64,000 bases of DNA from an uncultured Halanaerobiales bacterium (GTDB lineage: Bacteria; Bacillota; Halanaerobiia; B1SED10-174), in the NCBI GenBank assembly GCA_964568715.1, contig CAZMQU010000004.1:11089-75088 (forward strand), given 5' to 3'. Under the pieces are notes generated by a model, which worked only from the letters and a program-made list of their open reading frames with translations, was not told where the DNA came from and did not search any database. The translations under genes and the position numbers were made by a program. Positions 37,139-44,894 of this stretch are shown here, in pieces (within the stretch, counting starts at the first letter, position 1; the number at the start of each line of letters is the position of its first letter).

Positions 37139-38611
37139 ATGGGCCGCTATAGATATTGTTTTGGCAAGGCTTTAGCTCTTGTTAGCTGTATTGCAATTTT
37201 ATTTTCCGGTTGTGCAAAGGAGGATACCCCCCCTCTTATGGGTGCCAATTTGACTATTACCGGTGATGTGGAGAAAGAAATAATAATAAATAGTTACAAA
37301 GGTTATGATGCAGTAAAAATACAGGAGGGGGAACAAGAGAGAGATGTTATCCCTCTCTTACCTCTTTTGGAAGAGGCCGGCTTGACGGGCCAAGATAATG
37401 TAATATTTTTATCCTCCCCCGATGGGGCCTTGGCGGGCATTCCCTGCCGTGAAATTGACGAAGAATGTTGGCTCCGATTAAGCAGTGAGTTTGGATGGGA
37501 ATTCATTTCACTCAATCACCCTCGCCAAGTTGGGATAAAGTTTATGGATTACATAGTTATTGCTGCTCAAGAACCGGGAAACAAAGCTCCTTGCTTGCGT
37601 TTTATCGAAGAAGGGGAGGAGAAGACCCTTACCTACGGTCAGCTTTTTGCTATGGACAGTATCAGCCGCCTGGTCTTTGAAGGGCAAGCAATGAAGGGAG
37701 ATTATTCCGCCGGTGTTTATCGGCGTCGTAATCTGGTGCCGGTCGGTCGTTTTTTTACAAAGGCCATAGAGGACCGTTATCAAAAGGGTTTAGCTTATTT
37801 TGCCGACGGTAGCCAAGAAGAGATTTCGTGGCAGGGTTTCTTGGAATGGCGGGGCAGTTCGGCTGATTATATTGGTCCCGACAGTAAGAGTCGCAAGAAA
37901 GATATTATCGGCATATGGGCGGGTGCACCGGTGTTGGCTGTTACCGATTTGGCGCCAAAAGCCCTGTCTTCTTTGGTAAACAATCGAGTTCTGATTATTC
38001 TTTTGGATGGATTGAGTTACTATGATCTGAAAATTATTAAGCCCGCCTTTTTGGGGGAGAAAACAACTATGGCGGCGAGAACGGTAATGCCTTCCATTAC
38101 TCCGGTGGCCTTGGCTTCAATAGTAACCGGTGAATATCCTGATAAAACGGGTGTTAAGTCAAGAGATGACAGGGAATTGCATCTGGAAGATATGTTTGTT
38201 GCTGCTGAATATATGGGCAAAACTGCAGCCATGATTGGCGGTTCTACCCAAGTTATAAATGTCGGAATAGGGCAAATATTAAATCCCGATTTGAATGGCA
38301 ACGATTCAACCGATGATGAAGTATTCATTGCAGCCGTCGAGGAATTGAAGGCCGGGCGGGATTTGACCTTTGTTCACTTTCACGGTTACGATGATGTTGC
38401 TCATACGTACGGCCCCCTTTCACCCCAAGCCCTTCAAAAAATGATTGAGCTGGATGGGTACATTGAGCAACTATGTATGAGCTTTGCCGGTAAAGTATAT
38501 ATTATTGCTGATCATGGGCAACATGCTACCTCCGGAGATAAGCTAGGTGATCATGGTGAATTTAGGGCTTTGGATATGACGGTACCCTGGGTGGAATTTG
38601 AGATTGAATAA
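37139..38611 (+). CDS. Lipoprotein with an N-terminal sulfite-oxidase-like module fused to a C-terminal type-I phosphodiesterase / nucleotide pyrophosphatase (NPP, AlkP-superfamily) domain
   Basis: Lipobox LFSGCAKED. The N-terminal module is LTITGDVEKEI...VIPLLPLLEEAGLTGQDNVIFLSSPDGALAGIPCREIDEECWL...GIKFMDYIVI. The NPP motifs are VLIILLDGLSYYDL (metal site), TVMPSITPVALASIVTGEYPDKTGV (nucleophile region, compare NPP [20 protein letters not shown]), FVHFHGYDDVAHTYGP and IADHGQH. Confidence 0.7.
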   Translation: MGRYRYCFGKALALVSCIAILFSGCAKEDTPPLMGANLTITGDVEKEIIINSYKGYDAVKIQEGEQERDVIPLLPLLEEAGLTGQDNVIFLSSPDGALAGIPCREIDEECWLRLSSEFGWEFISLNHPRQVGIKFMDYIVIAAQEPGNKAPCLRFIEEGEEKTLTYGQLFAMDSISRLVFEGQAMKGDYSAGVYRRRNLVPVGRFFTKAIEDRYQKGLAYFADGSQEEISWQGFLEWRGSSADYIGPDSKSRKKDIIGIWAGAPVLAVTDLAPKALSSLVNNRVLIILLDGLSYYDLKIIKPAFLGEKTTMAARTVMPSITPVALASIVTGEYPDKTGVKSRDDRELHLEDMFVAAEYMGKTAAMIGGSTQVINVGIGQILNPDLNGNDSTDDEVFIAAVEELKAGRDLTFVHFHGYDDVAHTYGPLSPQALQKMIELDGYIEQLCMSFAGKVYIIADHGQHATSGDKLGDHGEFRALDMTVPWVEFEIE

Positions 38612-38825
38612 CAGTATTGCAGTCCGATATTTGGCGGATACCGAGGGGCTATCTTCCGGTTAGGGGAAAGATTCGTGCGGGTTGCATTTTGAGCCGGACC
38701 GGGCCATGGATTCAGAGCATCAACAAGTTGGACAGCCGGTGAAGACTGATTCCGGCGGTAAACTATTCCGGCATAGAGCGGCGATTATCTTTGTCGGACA
38801 AAATAAAGTCGGGAGGTACGGGATA

Positions 38826-39380
38826 ATGGTCAAAAACAATGACAAAGGGATAAAATACAACGACAAACGAATGAAAATAATTATTGCTATCGTTGTAGCA
38901 TTACTTGTTTTGGTGATAACAGTTTTAGCATATCTGAATGCAGGTGATATCGAAAGAAAGAAAGATTTGGAGATGCGGGCGGAATTCATTATCAGGCAAA
39001 ATAGCCGGGAGCAACGGCTTACCATGCAAGATATTTTGGATTTGGACCCGGTTGATTTCGAGACGGTAAAAAGAACAAGCACCAGCGAACCTACCCCGGT
39101 CACCTTTACCGGCGTTGATTTTAGTAAATTGTTTCTTGCCTACGGATTTGAAATAGACAATAGTTCTACAGTTCAAGTAATGTCGCTGGATGGTTACGCA
39201 TCGGCGATTTCAGGTCAGGAAATTCTTAGCGGTGACAATGTCTATCTCTGTATTTACATGGATGGTGAACCGATGAAGACTAAGCAAGAAGGTGGTTTCG
39301 GGCCATACCTCATGGTTATAAAAAATGACCGTTTTGCCCAAAGATGGTGTAAATTTGTGGAGGTAATTACAATTAAATGA
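38826..39380 (+). CDS. Membrane-anchored extracytoplasmic protein with a sulfite-oxidase-like module
   Basis: The start was chosen at the ATG at 38826, which has GGGAGGT 7 nt upstream. The TM anchor is MKIIIAIVVALLVLVITVLAYL. The module is PVTFTGVDFSKLFLAYGFEIDNSSTVQVMSLDGYASAISGQEILSGDNVYLCIYMDGEPMKTKQEGGFGPYLMVIKNDRFAQRWCKFVEVITIK. It parallels the MsrP C-terminal half (...MNGEPL...HG.P.RLVVP...G...VKWL..I). Confidence 0.55.
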   Translation: MVKNNDKGIKYNDKRMKIIIAIVVALLVLVITVLAYLNAGDIERKKDLEMRAEFIIRQNSREQRLTMQDILDLDPVDFETVKRTSTSEPTPVTFTGVDFSKLFLAYGFEIDNSSTVQVMSLDGYASAISGQEILSGDNVYLCIYMDGEPMKTKQEGGFGPYLMVIKNDRFAQRWCKFVEVITIK

Positions 39381-40051
39381 TAGTACTCGAAGGGCGTAAC
39401 ATCGATTTTCATTATTTTCCTGATAAGCTATTATTGCGACAGGCTAATATCCATGTTAAAAAAGGTGAATGTGTTGCCCTTATCGGCTCTTCGGGTTGCG
39501 GAAAAACAACTCTATGCTATATTTTGGCAGGTATTATTCCTCGTTCTATTAAGGGGGACTTAACAGGAGAAGTATTTCTTTCCGGTCGCAATATTGTTGA
39601 TTTGCCCCTTGCTGATCTTGTCAGGCAGGTTGGTATTGTTTTTCAAGATCCCGAGTCGCAATTGTTTTCTCCAACGGTGGAAGATGAGATTGCTTTTGGG
39701 CCGGAAAATCTTTGTTTGCCAAGGGAGGAAATTGATAAAAGAATTGAAGAAGCCCTTCGTTTGGTGGGGATGGAAGAACACCGGAGGGCGGATACCCAGA
39801 CGCTTTCCTATGGGCAAAAGCAACTTATTGCAATAGCGGCTGTTCTGGCCTTACAACCGCAAACATTGATATTGGATGAAATTTTTTCCCATTTGGATTT
39901 TGATTCTGCTGAAAGGATAAAAAGGCTTATATTGGGCCAAAAAAAGGCCGGCAAGGCAATTCTTCTGACCGGACATGGGCAAGACTATATTGATTTAGCA
40001 GACCGTGTTTATCAAATAGAAAAGGCCGAGGTTGAGGAGATTTATTTATGA
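39377..40051 (+). CDS. ecfA: ECF transporter ATPase component EcfA
   Basis: Walker A motif GSSGCGKTT, signature LSYGQKQLIAIA, and Walker B motif LILDE. It overlaps its neighbours, which indicates translational coupling. Confidence 0.85.
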   Translation: MIVLEGRNIDFHYFPDKLLLRQANIHVKKGECVALIGSSGCGKTTLCYILAGIIPRSIKGDLTGEVFLSGRNIVDLPLADLVRQVGIVFQDPESQLFSPTVEDEIAFGPENLCLPREEIDKRIEEALRLVGMEEHRRADTQTLSYGQKQLIAIAAVLALQPQTLILDEIFSHLDFDSAERIKRLILGQKKAGKAILLTGHGQDYIDLADRVYQIEKAEVEEIYL

Positions 40052-40704
40052 CGGTAGCAGTTGGACTAAAGGGTGTAAGATATAAGTATCCCCGTAGCAA
40101 TTTTGAAATTAAATTTGATAATCTCGAGTTCCTGATGGGTCGGGTTACCCTTATAAGCGGACCTAACGGTAGCGGTAAAACGACACTTTCTAAATTGATG
40201 TGCGGAATTCTAAAACCACAAAGAGGAAAGCTTGAAATCTTCGGCAACTTGGCCAATGATTGGCCCCTGGGTTTGATTGGCGAGCATATAGGTTATCTTT
40301 TTCAAGAGCCCTCCCGCCAGCTGTTTGCTACAACTGTTTGGCAGGAGATGACTTTCATAGCCGGGATATTGGGGTGGGATTGTGACAACGTCGGTCGAAA
40401 AGCTCGGGAGCTACTTATTCGTTTCGATCTTTTCCATCTTAAGGACCGCACCATTTTTCACTTAAGTAGGGGAGAGAGACAAAGGTTGGCTATTTGTACG
40501 GTGCTTATGAATGGGGCTAAATTCCTGATTTTAGACGAACCGACGACAGGCTTGGACCAAAAAAACCGGGAACATCTTTACAGTTTAATAGATGGGATGG
40601 TTGCCGAAGGTAAGGGTATAGCTCTAATATCTCACGAAAAGGAACTTATTTCCCGTTACGGGAAGAACACGATTGAGGTTATAAATGGGAGGGTCCTGGT
40701 TTGA
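40048..40704 (+). CDS. ecfA2: ECF transporter ATPase component EcfA'
   Basis: Walker A motif GPNGSGKTT, signature LSRGERQRLAIC, and Walker B motif FLILDEP. Confidence 0.85.
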   Translation: MTVAVGLKGVRYKYPRSNFEIKFDNLEFLMGRVTLISGPNGSGKTTLSKLMCGILKPQRGKLEIFGNLANDWPLGLIGEHIGYLFQEPSRQLFATTVWQEMTFIAGILGWDCDNVGRKARELLIRFDLFHLKDRTIFHLSRGERQRLAICTVLMNGAKFLILDEPTTGLDQKNREHLYSLIDGMVAEGKGIALISHEKELISRYGKNTIEVINGRVLV

Positions 40705-41432
40705 GAAAAGCAGATCCAAGAGTAAAACTTTTTTGGACGTTAATCTGTACAACCGGGGCCTTGATTTTTTCCAGGCCCGGCTGGATGTTGGGTTTGAGTA
40801 TCTTCACCTTATGCGGTGCTGTTATTTGGGGTAGCGATATGAAGGCTTTTCTATATCGATTTAAGAAAGTTCTACCCTTGCTGGTCTTGGTGGCCTTGGT
40901 CCAAATTGTTTTTGTCCGCTCCGGCCAGCCTCTTTTGGTCTATAAAGATTTTATCCTGGTGAGTAAGGTTGGCTTAATAAGAGGTTTAGGTACAGCAATG
41001 CGGTTTTTTATTATCTTAGCCAGTTCTTCGGTTATGGCCGGTGAGAATAATCGGCGCGTCATTGCAGCCCTTACAAATGTGGGAATGCCCTATTTATTTT
41101 CTTTCCTGCTCATGACCGCCTTGCGCTTTTTACCTTTTTTTAGCTCCTCTTTCGAAGATGCCTTAGTGGCAATACAGTTACGCGGCATACAACCCAAGAC
41201 TTTGCCTTGGCAAAAAAGAATCAGCTTATATGGCAATTTGGTTTTACCTGTAGTGGCGGATGCTGTTGCCAAGGCACAAAATCTGGCTATGGCCATGGAA
41301 GCCAGAGGCTTTGGCGCGATGAAGCAACGAACCTCCTATATAGCTGTTCAAATGACAGTTATGGACTGGCTGCTTTTTAGCGGACTTCTTGTTTTGAGTT
41401 TTTGGGCTCTTTTGAAATATTTTTCAATTTGA
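40701..41432 (+). CDS. ecfT: ECF transporter transmembrane (T) component EcfT/CbiQ family
   Basis: 243 aa with about 5 TM segments. The conserved C-terminal Ala-Arg-Gly motif is AMEARGFG. Confidence 0.8.
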   Translation: MRKADPRVKLFWTLICTTGALIFSRPGWMLGLSIFTLCGAVIWGSDMKAFLYRFKKVLPLLVLVALVQIVFVRSGQPLLVYKDFILVSKVGLIRGLGTAMRFFIILASSSVMAGENNRRVIAALTNVGMPYLFSFLLMTALRFLPFFSSSFEDALVAIQLRGIQPKTLPWQKRISLYGNLVLPVVADAVAKAQNLAMAMEARGFGAMKQRTSYIAVQMTVMDWLLFSGLLVLSFWALLKYFSI

Positions 41433-41478
41433 GATTTTTAAAAAAATTTAAGATAAAATGCTGCAGGGAGGGGTGACT

Positions 41479-42231
41479 ATGAAAGCAATAGCTATAAACG
41501 GAACTTCCAATTCGGGGAAGACAACAGTGTCTAAGGCCATTATTCGAGGCTTGCGTCACAGAGGGTATAGGGTCGGGTCGGTTAAAGAGATTCACCATGA
41601 AGATTTCACAATAGATCCCGATAGTGAGGTTGATACAAGACTTCATAAAGCGGCAGGATCACAGTTGGTTACAGCCCGAGCTCCCCGGGAGACCGATATT
41701 CTCCATCAGCGCAAATTAACTGTTGAAGAAATTCTCCGCTTCTATGATCATGATTTTGTTATTTTGGAGGGGGTGGCTGATTGTAACGCGCCGCGAATTA
41801 TAACCGCCCATAACGAGGTGGAGATTGCTGAGCGGATAGACGGTAGGGCCATTGCTGTATCGGGTGTCTTGGCCAATAATGCAAGCGGTGAAATTTTGGG
41901 TATGCCAATATTTAATGTTCTCAAGGATGCGGAAGCATTGGTGGACTTTGTTGAAGACCGTGCTTTCGAGCCTCTGCCTTCCTTTGATGCAAACTGTTGC
42001 TCTCACTGCGGTTACAGTTGTCGGGAAATGGCCGGTATGATTGCATGGCAGAGGGCCAAAAGGGAGGATTGTGTTCTTTATGCGCAGGCAACGGAATTGA
42101 TTATAGATGGCGAGCCTGTGCCAATGGTGCCCTTTGTACAAAGTATTTTAAAAAATGCTGTATTGGGAGTGGCCAAGGAGTTGCAAGGTTTCAAAGGTAA
42201 GGGGAAAATTGAAGTCAGGTTTGAGATATGA
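41479..42231 (+). CDS. MobB-like P-loop GTPase domain with a Cys-rich C-terminal extension
   Basis: The N-terminus MKAIAINGTSNSGKTTVSKAIIRGLRHRGYRVGSVKEIHH resembles MobB (M.IxIxGxSGSGKTTL...G..V..IKH). The extra C-terminal region carries CCSHCGYSC and a further Cys. The start was chosen at the ATG at 41479, which has GGGAGGGG 6 nt upstream. Confidence 0.55.
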   Translation: MKAIAINGTSNSGKTTVSKAIIRGLRHRGYRVGSVKEIHHEDFTIDPDSEVDTRLHKAAGSQLVTARAPRETDILHQRKLTVEEILRFYDHDFVILEGVADCNAPRIITAHNEVEIAERIDGRAIAVSGVLANNASGEILGMPIFNVLKDAEALVDFVEDRAFEPLPSFDANCCSHCGYSCREMAGMIAWQRAKREDCVLYAQATELIIDGEPVPMVPFVQSILKNAVLGVAKELQGFKGKGKIEVRFEI

Positions 42232-42833
42232 GATTTAAATCGAAGAAAAACCTTGTTTTTCTGGAAAACGGGGTTGTAGTAAAAGAATTTAAAGATGAGG
42301 CGGCACTGAAGCGTGAAGCAGAAACCTTGCTTGCCCTTAAGGCTGCCGGTTTAGCGGTCCCCTCTTTATTGAACAAGGAGGGAAAGAGATTATTCCTTGA
42401 ATATATTCCCGGCGAGACTTATGAAGCCTTGGTAGAGGAGATGGACTTTGAAAAGGCTGATTCCTTGGCCCGATGGTTGGTTGATTACCATCGAATTACG
42501 AATTCTTTGCGGGGCGATGTGAACCTGCACAATTTTATATGGAGCAAGGCCGGCTGTCTAGGGGTAGACTTCGAGGAAGTACCCCAAAAGGGAGAAGGGG
42601 AGACGGATATGGGTAGGATAGTCGCTTTTGCAGTAACCTATTCTCCTGCTTTTTCCCCCGGGAAATTGGTCGGGGGAGGACTTTTTCTGACGGCTTTTTT
42701 GAAAAGAGGTGGCAGAAAAGATAAAATCCGCCAAGCATATCTGGAGGAAATAATTGCAATGAATCAACGGAGGTCTGCATTTTGGCTGACTAAGAAAGAG
42801 GCCCTTGAGTTCTTTGATTGTTTGGTTACTTGA
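42228..42833 (+). CDS. Small protein-kinase-like (Kdo/RIO/APH-type) fold protein
   Basis: 201 aa. It has a candidate catalytic loop, GDVNLHNFIW (compare HGDLHEYNIL), and a beta-rich N-terminus with a conserved Lys context (VVVKEFKDE). This is a weak call by eye. Confidence 0.4.
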   Translation: MRFKSKKNLVFLENGVVVKEFKDEAALKREAETLLALKAAGLAVPSLLNKEGKRLFLEYIPGETYEALVEEMDFEKADSLARWLVDYHRITNSLRGDVNLHNFIWSKAGCLGVDFEEVPQKGEGETDMGRIVAFAVTYSPAFSPGKLVGGGLFLTAFLKRGGRKDKIRQAYLEEIIAMNQRRSAFWLTKKEALEFFDCLVT

Positions 42834-43123
42834 AATCAAAAGCCGGAGCGCGGGTAAAAAGATCTGTAAATTCTTTTGTTAACCCAAGGCTGCCAAAAAA
42901 CAGGAATTTACTTCGATAAAACTTACCGGATTTCCCGAATTTGCCCTAGAAAAGCTTTACTTTTAAATCTCTTTGCAGTATCATAAATATTGGAGTAAAA
43001 AATCTGATATTTTTTGCCTAACGGTCCAAAATTATCTGCTTAAATGGGGTGGTTGGAACCGTTGTTAAGTTCTTGTTGAACATAACGGTTGTTATAAAAG
43101 TAATATATGGAGGTGTATTCGTA

Positions 43124-43630
43124 ATGGTCGTAAATGGAAAAGTAACTTGCAATACTACAGCGACAGACGTACTCGAACAGGTTGCAACAATTGCAGCCAG
43201 ATGGAGAGACAGGCCTGATATGATTATTCCTGTTCTCCACGAGGTACAGACAATTGCCGGTAATGGCTTACCAAAGGACGTAGTCGATGTAGTATCCCGT
43301 GAAATGAGGGTTCCCCTGTCGGATATATACGGCGTGGAAACCTTTTATTCTTTCTTTTCGACGCAAAAACGGGGAAAAACAGTGATTAGACTATGCAAAA
43401 GTGCCCCTTGCCATGTAAAGGGCAGTAAAAAGGTCTTGGAAGCCTTTGAGAAAGTTTTAGGAATCAAGGCCGGCGAGACTACTGAAGACGGAGATTTTAC
43501 TCTCGAAACCTGCGAATGCATTGGTGCTTGTGATGTTTCTCCGGCAGCACTTATCGACGGCGTTGTTTATGGTGACTTAACTCCTGAAAAAGTAGAAAAA
43601 CTAATAACCACACTTAGGAAAAAGGAGTGA
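43124..43630 (+). CDS. NADH-dehydrogenase 24-kDa-subunit-like [2Fe-2S] protein (NuoE/HoxE/FdsG family)
   Basis: A thioredoxin-like 2Fe-2S motif spans CKSAPCHVKG...CIGACDVSPA. The start was set at the ATG at 43124, which has GGAGGTG 8 nt upstream. Confidence 0.85.
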   Translation: MVVNGKVTCNTTATDVLEQVATIAARWRDRPDMIIPVLHEVQTIAGNGLPKDVVDVVSREMRVPLSDIYGVETFYSFFSTQKRGKTVIRLCKSAPCHVKGSKKVLEAFEKVLGIKAGETTEDGDFTLETCECIGACDVSPAALIDGVVYGDLTPEKVEKLITTLRKKE

Positions 43631-43634
43631 AAAC

Positions 43635-44894
43635 ATGGAAGAAATGAGAATTCTACTGGATAAGGCGGGGGAGATATCTCCTATTAGTGCGAAAGAGTAT
43701 GCCGATGTCGGTGGCTATGAAGGCTTAAAAAAAGCTTTGCAAGCACCTGAAAAAATTGTTGATGTCATTAAGGCCTCCGGTGTCCGTGGTCGTGGTGGAG
43801 CAGGTTTCCCGGCCGGATTGAAGTTGTCTTTTACGGCCAATACGCCGGCTGATCAAAAGTACATCGTGTGCAACGCTGATGAGGGCGAACCCGGAACCAA
43901 TAAAGACCGGGTAATAATGGAGCAAGTACCCCACCGCCTTTTGGAAGGTATGGCCATTGCGGGTTTGGCGGTAGGCGCCAGCAAAGGTTACATTTACTTA
44001 CGAGCGGAGTATCCTTATGTAGCGACTATCTTAGCGGATGCCCTTGCCGATGCCCGTGCCAATGGTTATTTGGGTGAAAATATTTTAAACAGTGGTTTTG
44101 ATTTTGATGTAGAGCTTTTTATCGGTGCAGGGGCTTATGTTTGTGGTGAAGAAACTGCTTTGTTGAATTCAATGGAAGGCAAAAGGGGAGAATCAAGGTT
44201 TAAGCCCCCATACCCCGGTGTTGAAGGTCTATGGGGTAAGCCAACGGTGGTCAATAATGTGGAGACCCTAACCAACTTTCCCGTGATTATGGTAAAAGGG
44301 GCTGAGTGGTATAGAAAAATCGGAACTGAAACATGCCCCGGTACAAAATTGTTTACCTTAAGCGGTAACATCTCTAATCCCGGTGTCTATGAGTTCCCCG
44401 TAGGTACGACGATTCGCAGCCTTTTTGAAGAGGTTGGCGGCGGTTGCCCGAATGGTAAAAAGCTTTATGCTGTCCAGACCGGAGGAGCTTCGGGTAATAT
44501 AATTCCTGCTTCCTTATTGGATACCCCCATGGATGTCGATTGTTGTGCTGAAGTTGGTGCCACCTTTGGTGCGGGGGACTTGATGTTCATCGATGAAGAC
44601 AATTGCTTGTTGGATGTATTGGAGAATTTGATGGAGTTTTTTGCCCATGAGTCTTGTGGTAAATGCACTCCCTGCCGGGAAGGTAATGTCCAGCTATTGG
44701 GGCTTATTAGGAAATTTAAAGCCGGAACCGCCGAGGAAGGCGATTTGGACTTGATGGTTGAGTTGGCCAATTTTATGGTAGAGGGAAGCCTCTGCGGTTT
44801 AGGTCAAGCTTCGCCGAACCCAATTTTATCGGCAGTCCGTTTTTTCCCGGCAATATTCACATTAAAAAACGAATCTAAAGGGAGGGTTAGCTAA
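43635..44894 (+). CDS. NADH-binding 51-kDa-subunit-like flavoprotein (NuoF/HoxF/FdsB family; FMN, NAD(H), 4Fe-4S)
   Basis: Glycine-rich NADH/FMN motifs GRGGAGFPAG and GAGAYVCGEETALLNSMEG. The 4Fe-4S motif is ESCGKCTPCREG. Confidence 0.9.
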   Translation: MEEMRILLDKAGEISPISAKEYADVGGYEGLKKALQAPEKIVDVIKASGVRGRGGAGFPAGLKLSFTANTPADQKYIVCNADEGEPGTNKDRVIMEQVPHRLLEGMAIAGLAVGASKGYIYLRAEYPYVATILADALADARANGYLGENILNSGFDFDVELFIGAGAYVCGEETALLNSMEGKRGESRFKPPYPGVEGLWGKPTVVNNVETLTNFPVIMVKGAEWYRKIGTETCPGTKLFTLSGNISNPGVYEFPVGTTIRSLFEEVGGGCPNGKKLYAVQTGGASGNIIPASLLDTPMDVDCCAEVGATFGAGDLMFIDEDNCLLDVLENLMEFFAHESCGKCTPCREGNVQLLGLIRKFKAGTAEEGDLDLMVELANFMVEGSLCGLGQASPNPILSAVRFFPAIFTLKNESKGRVS

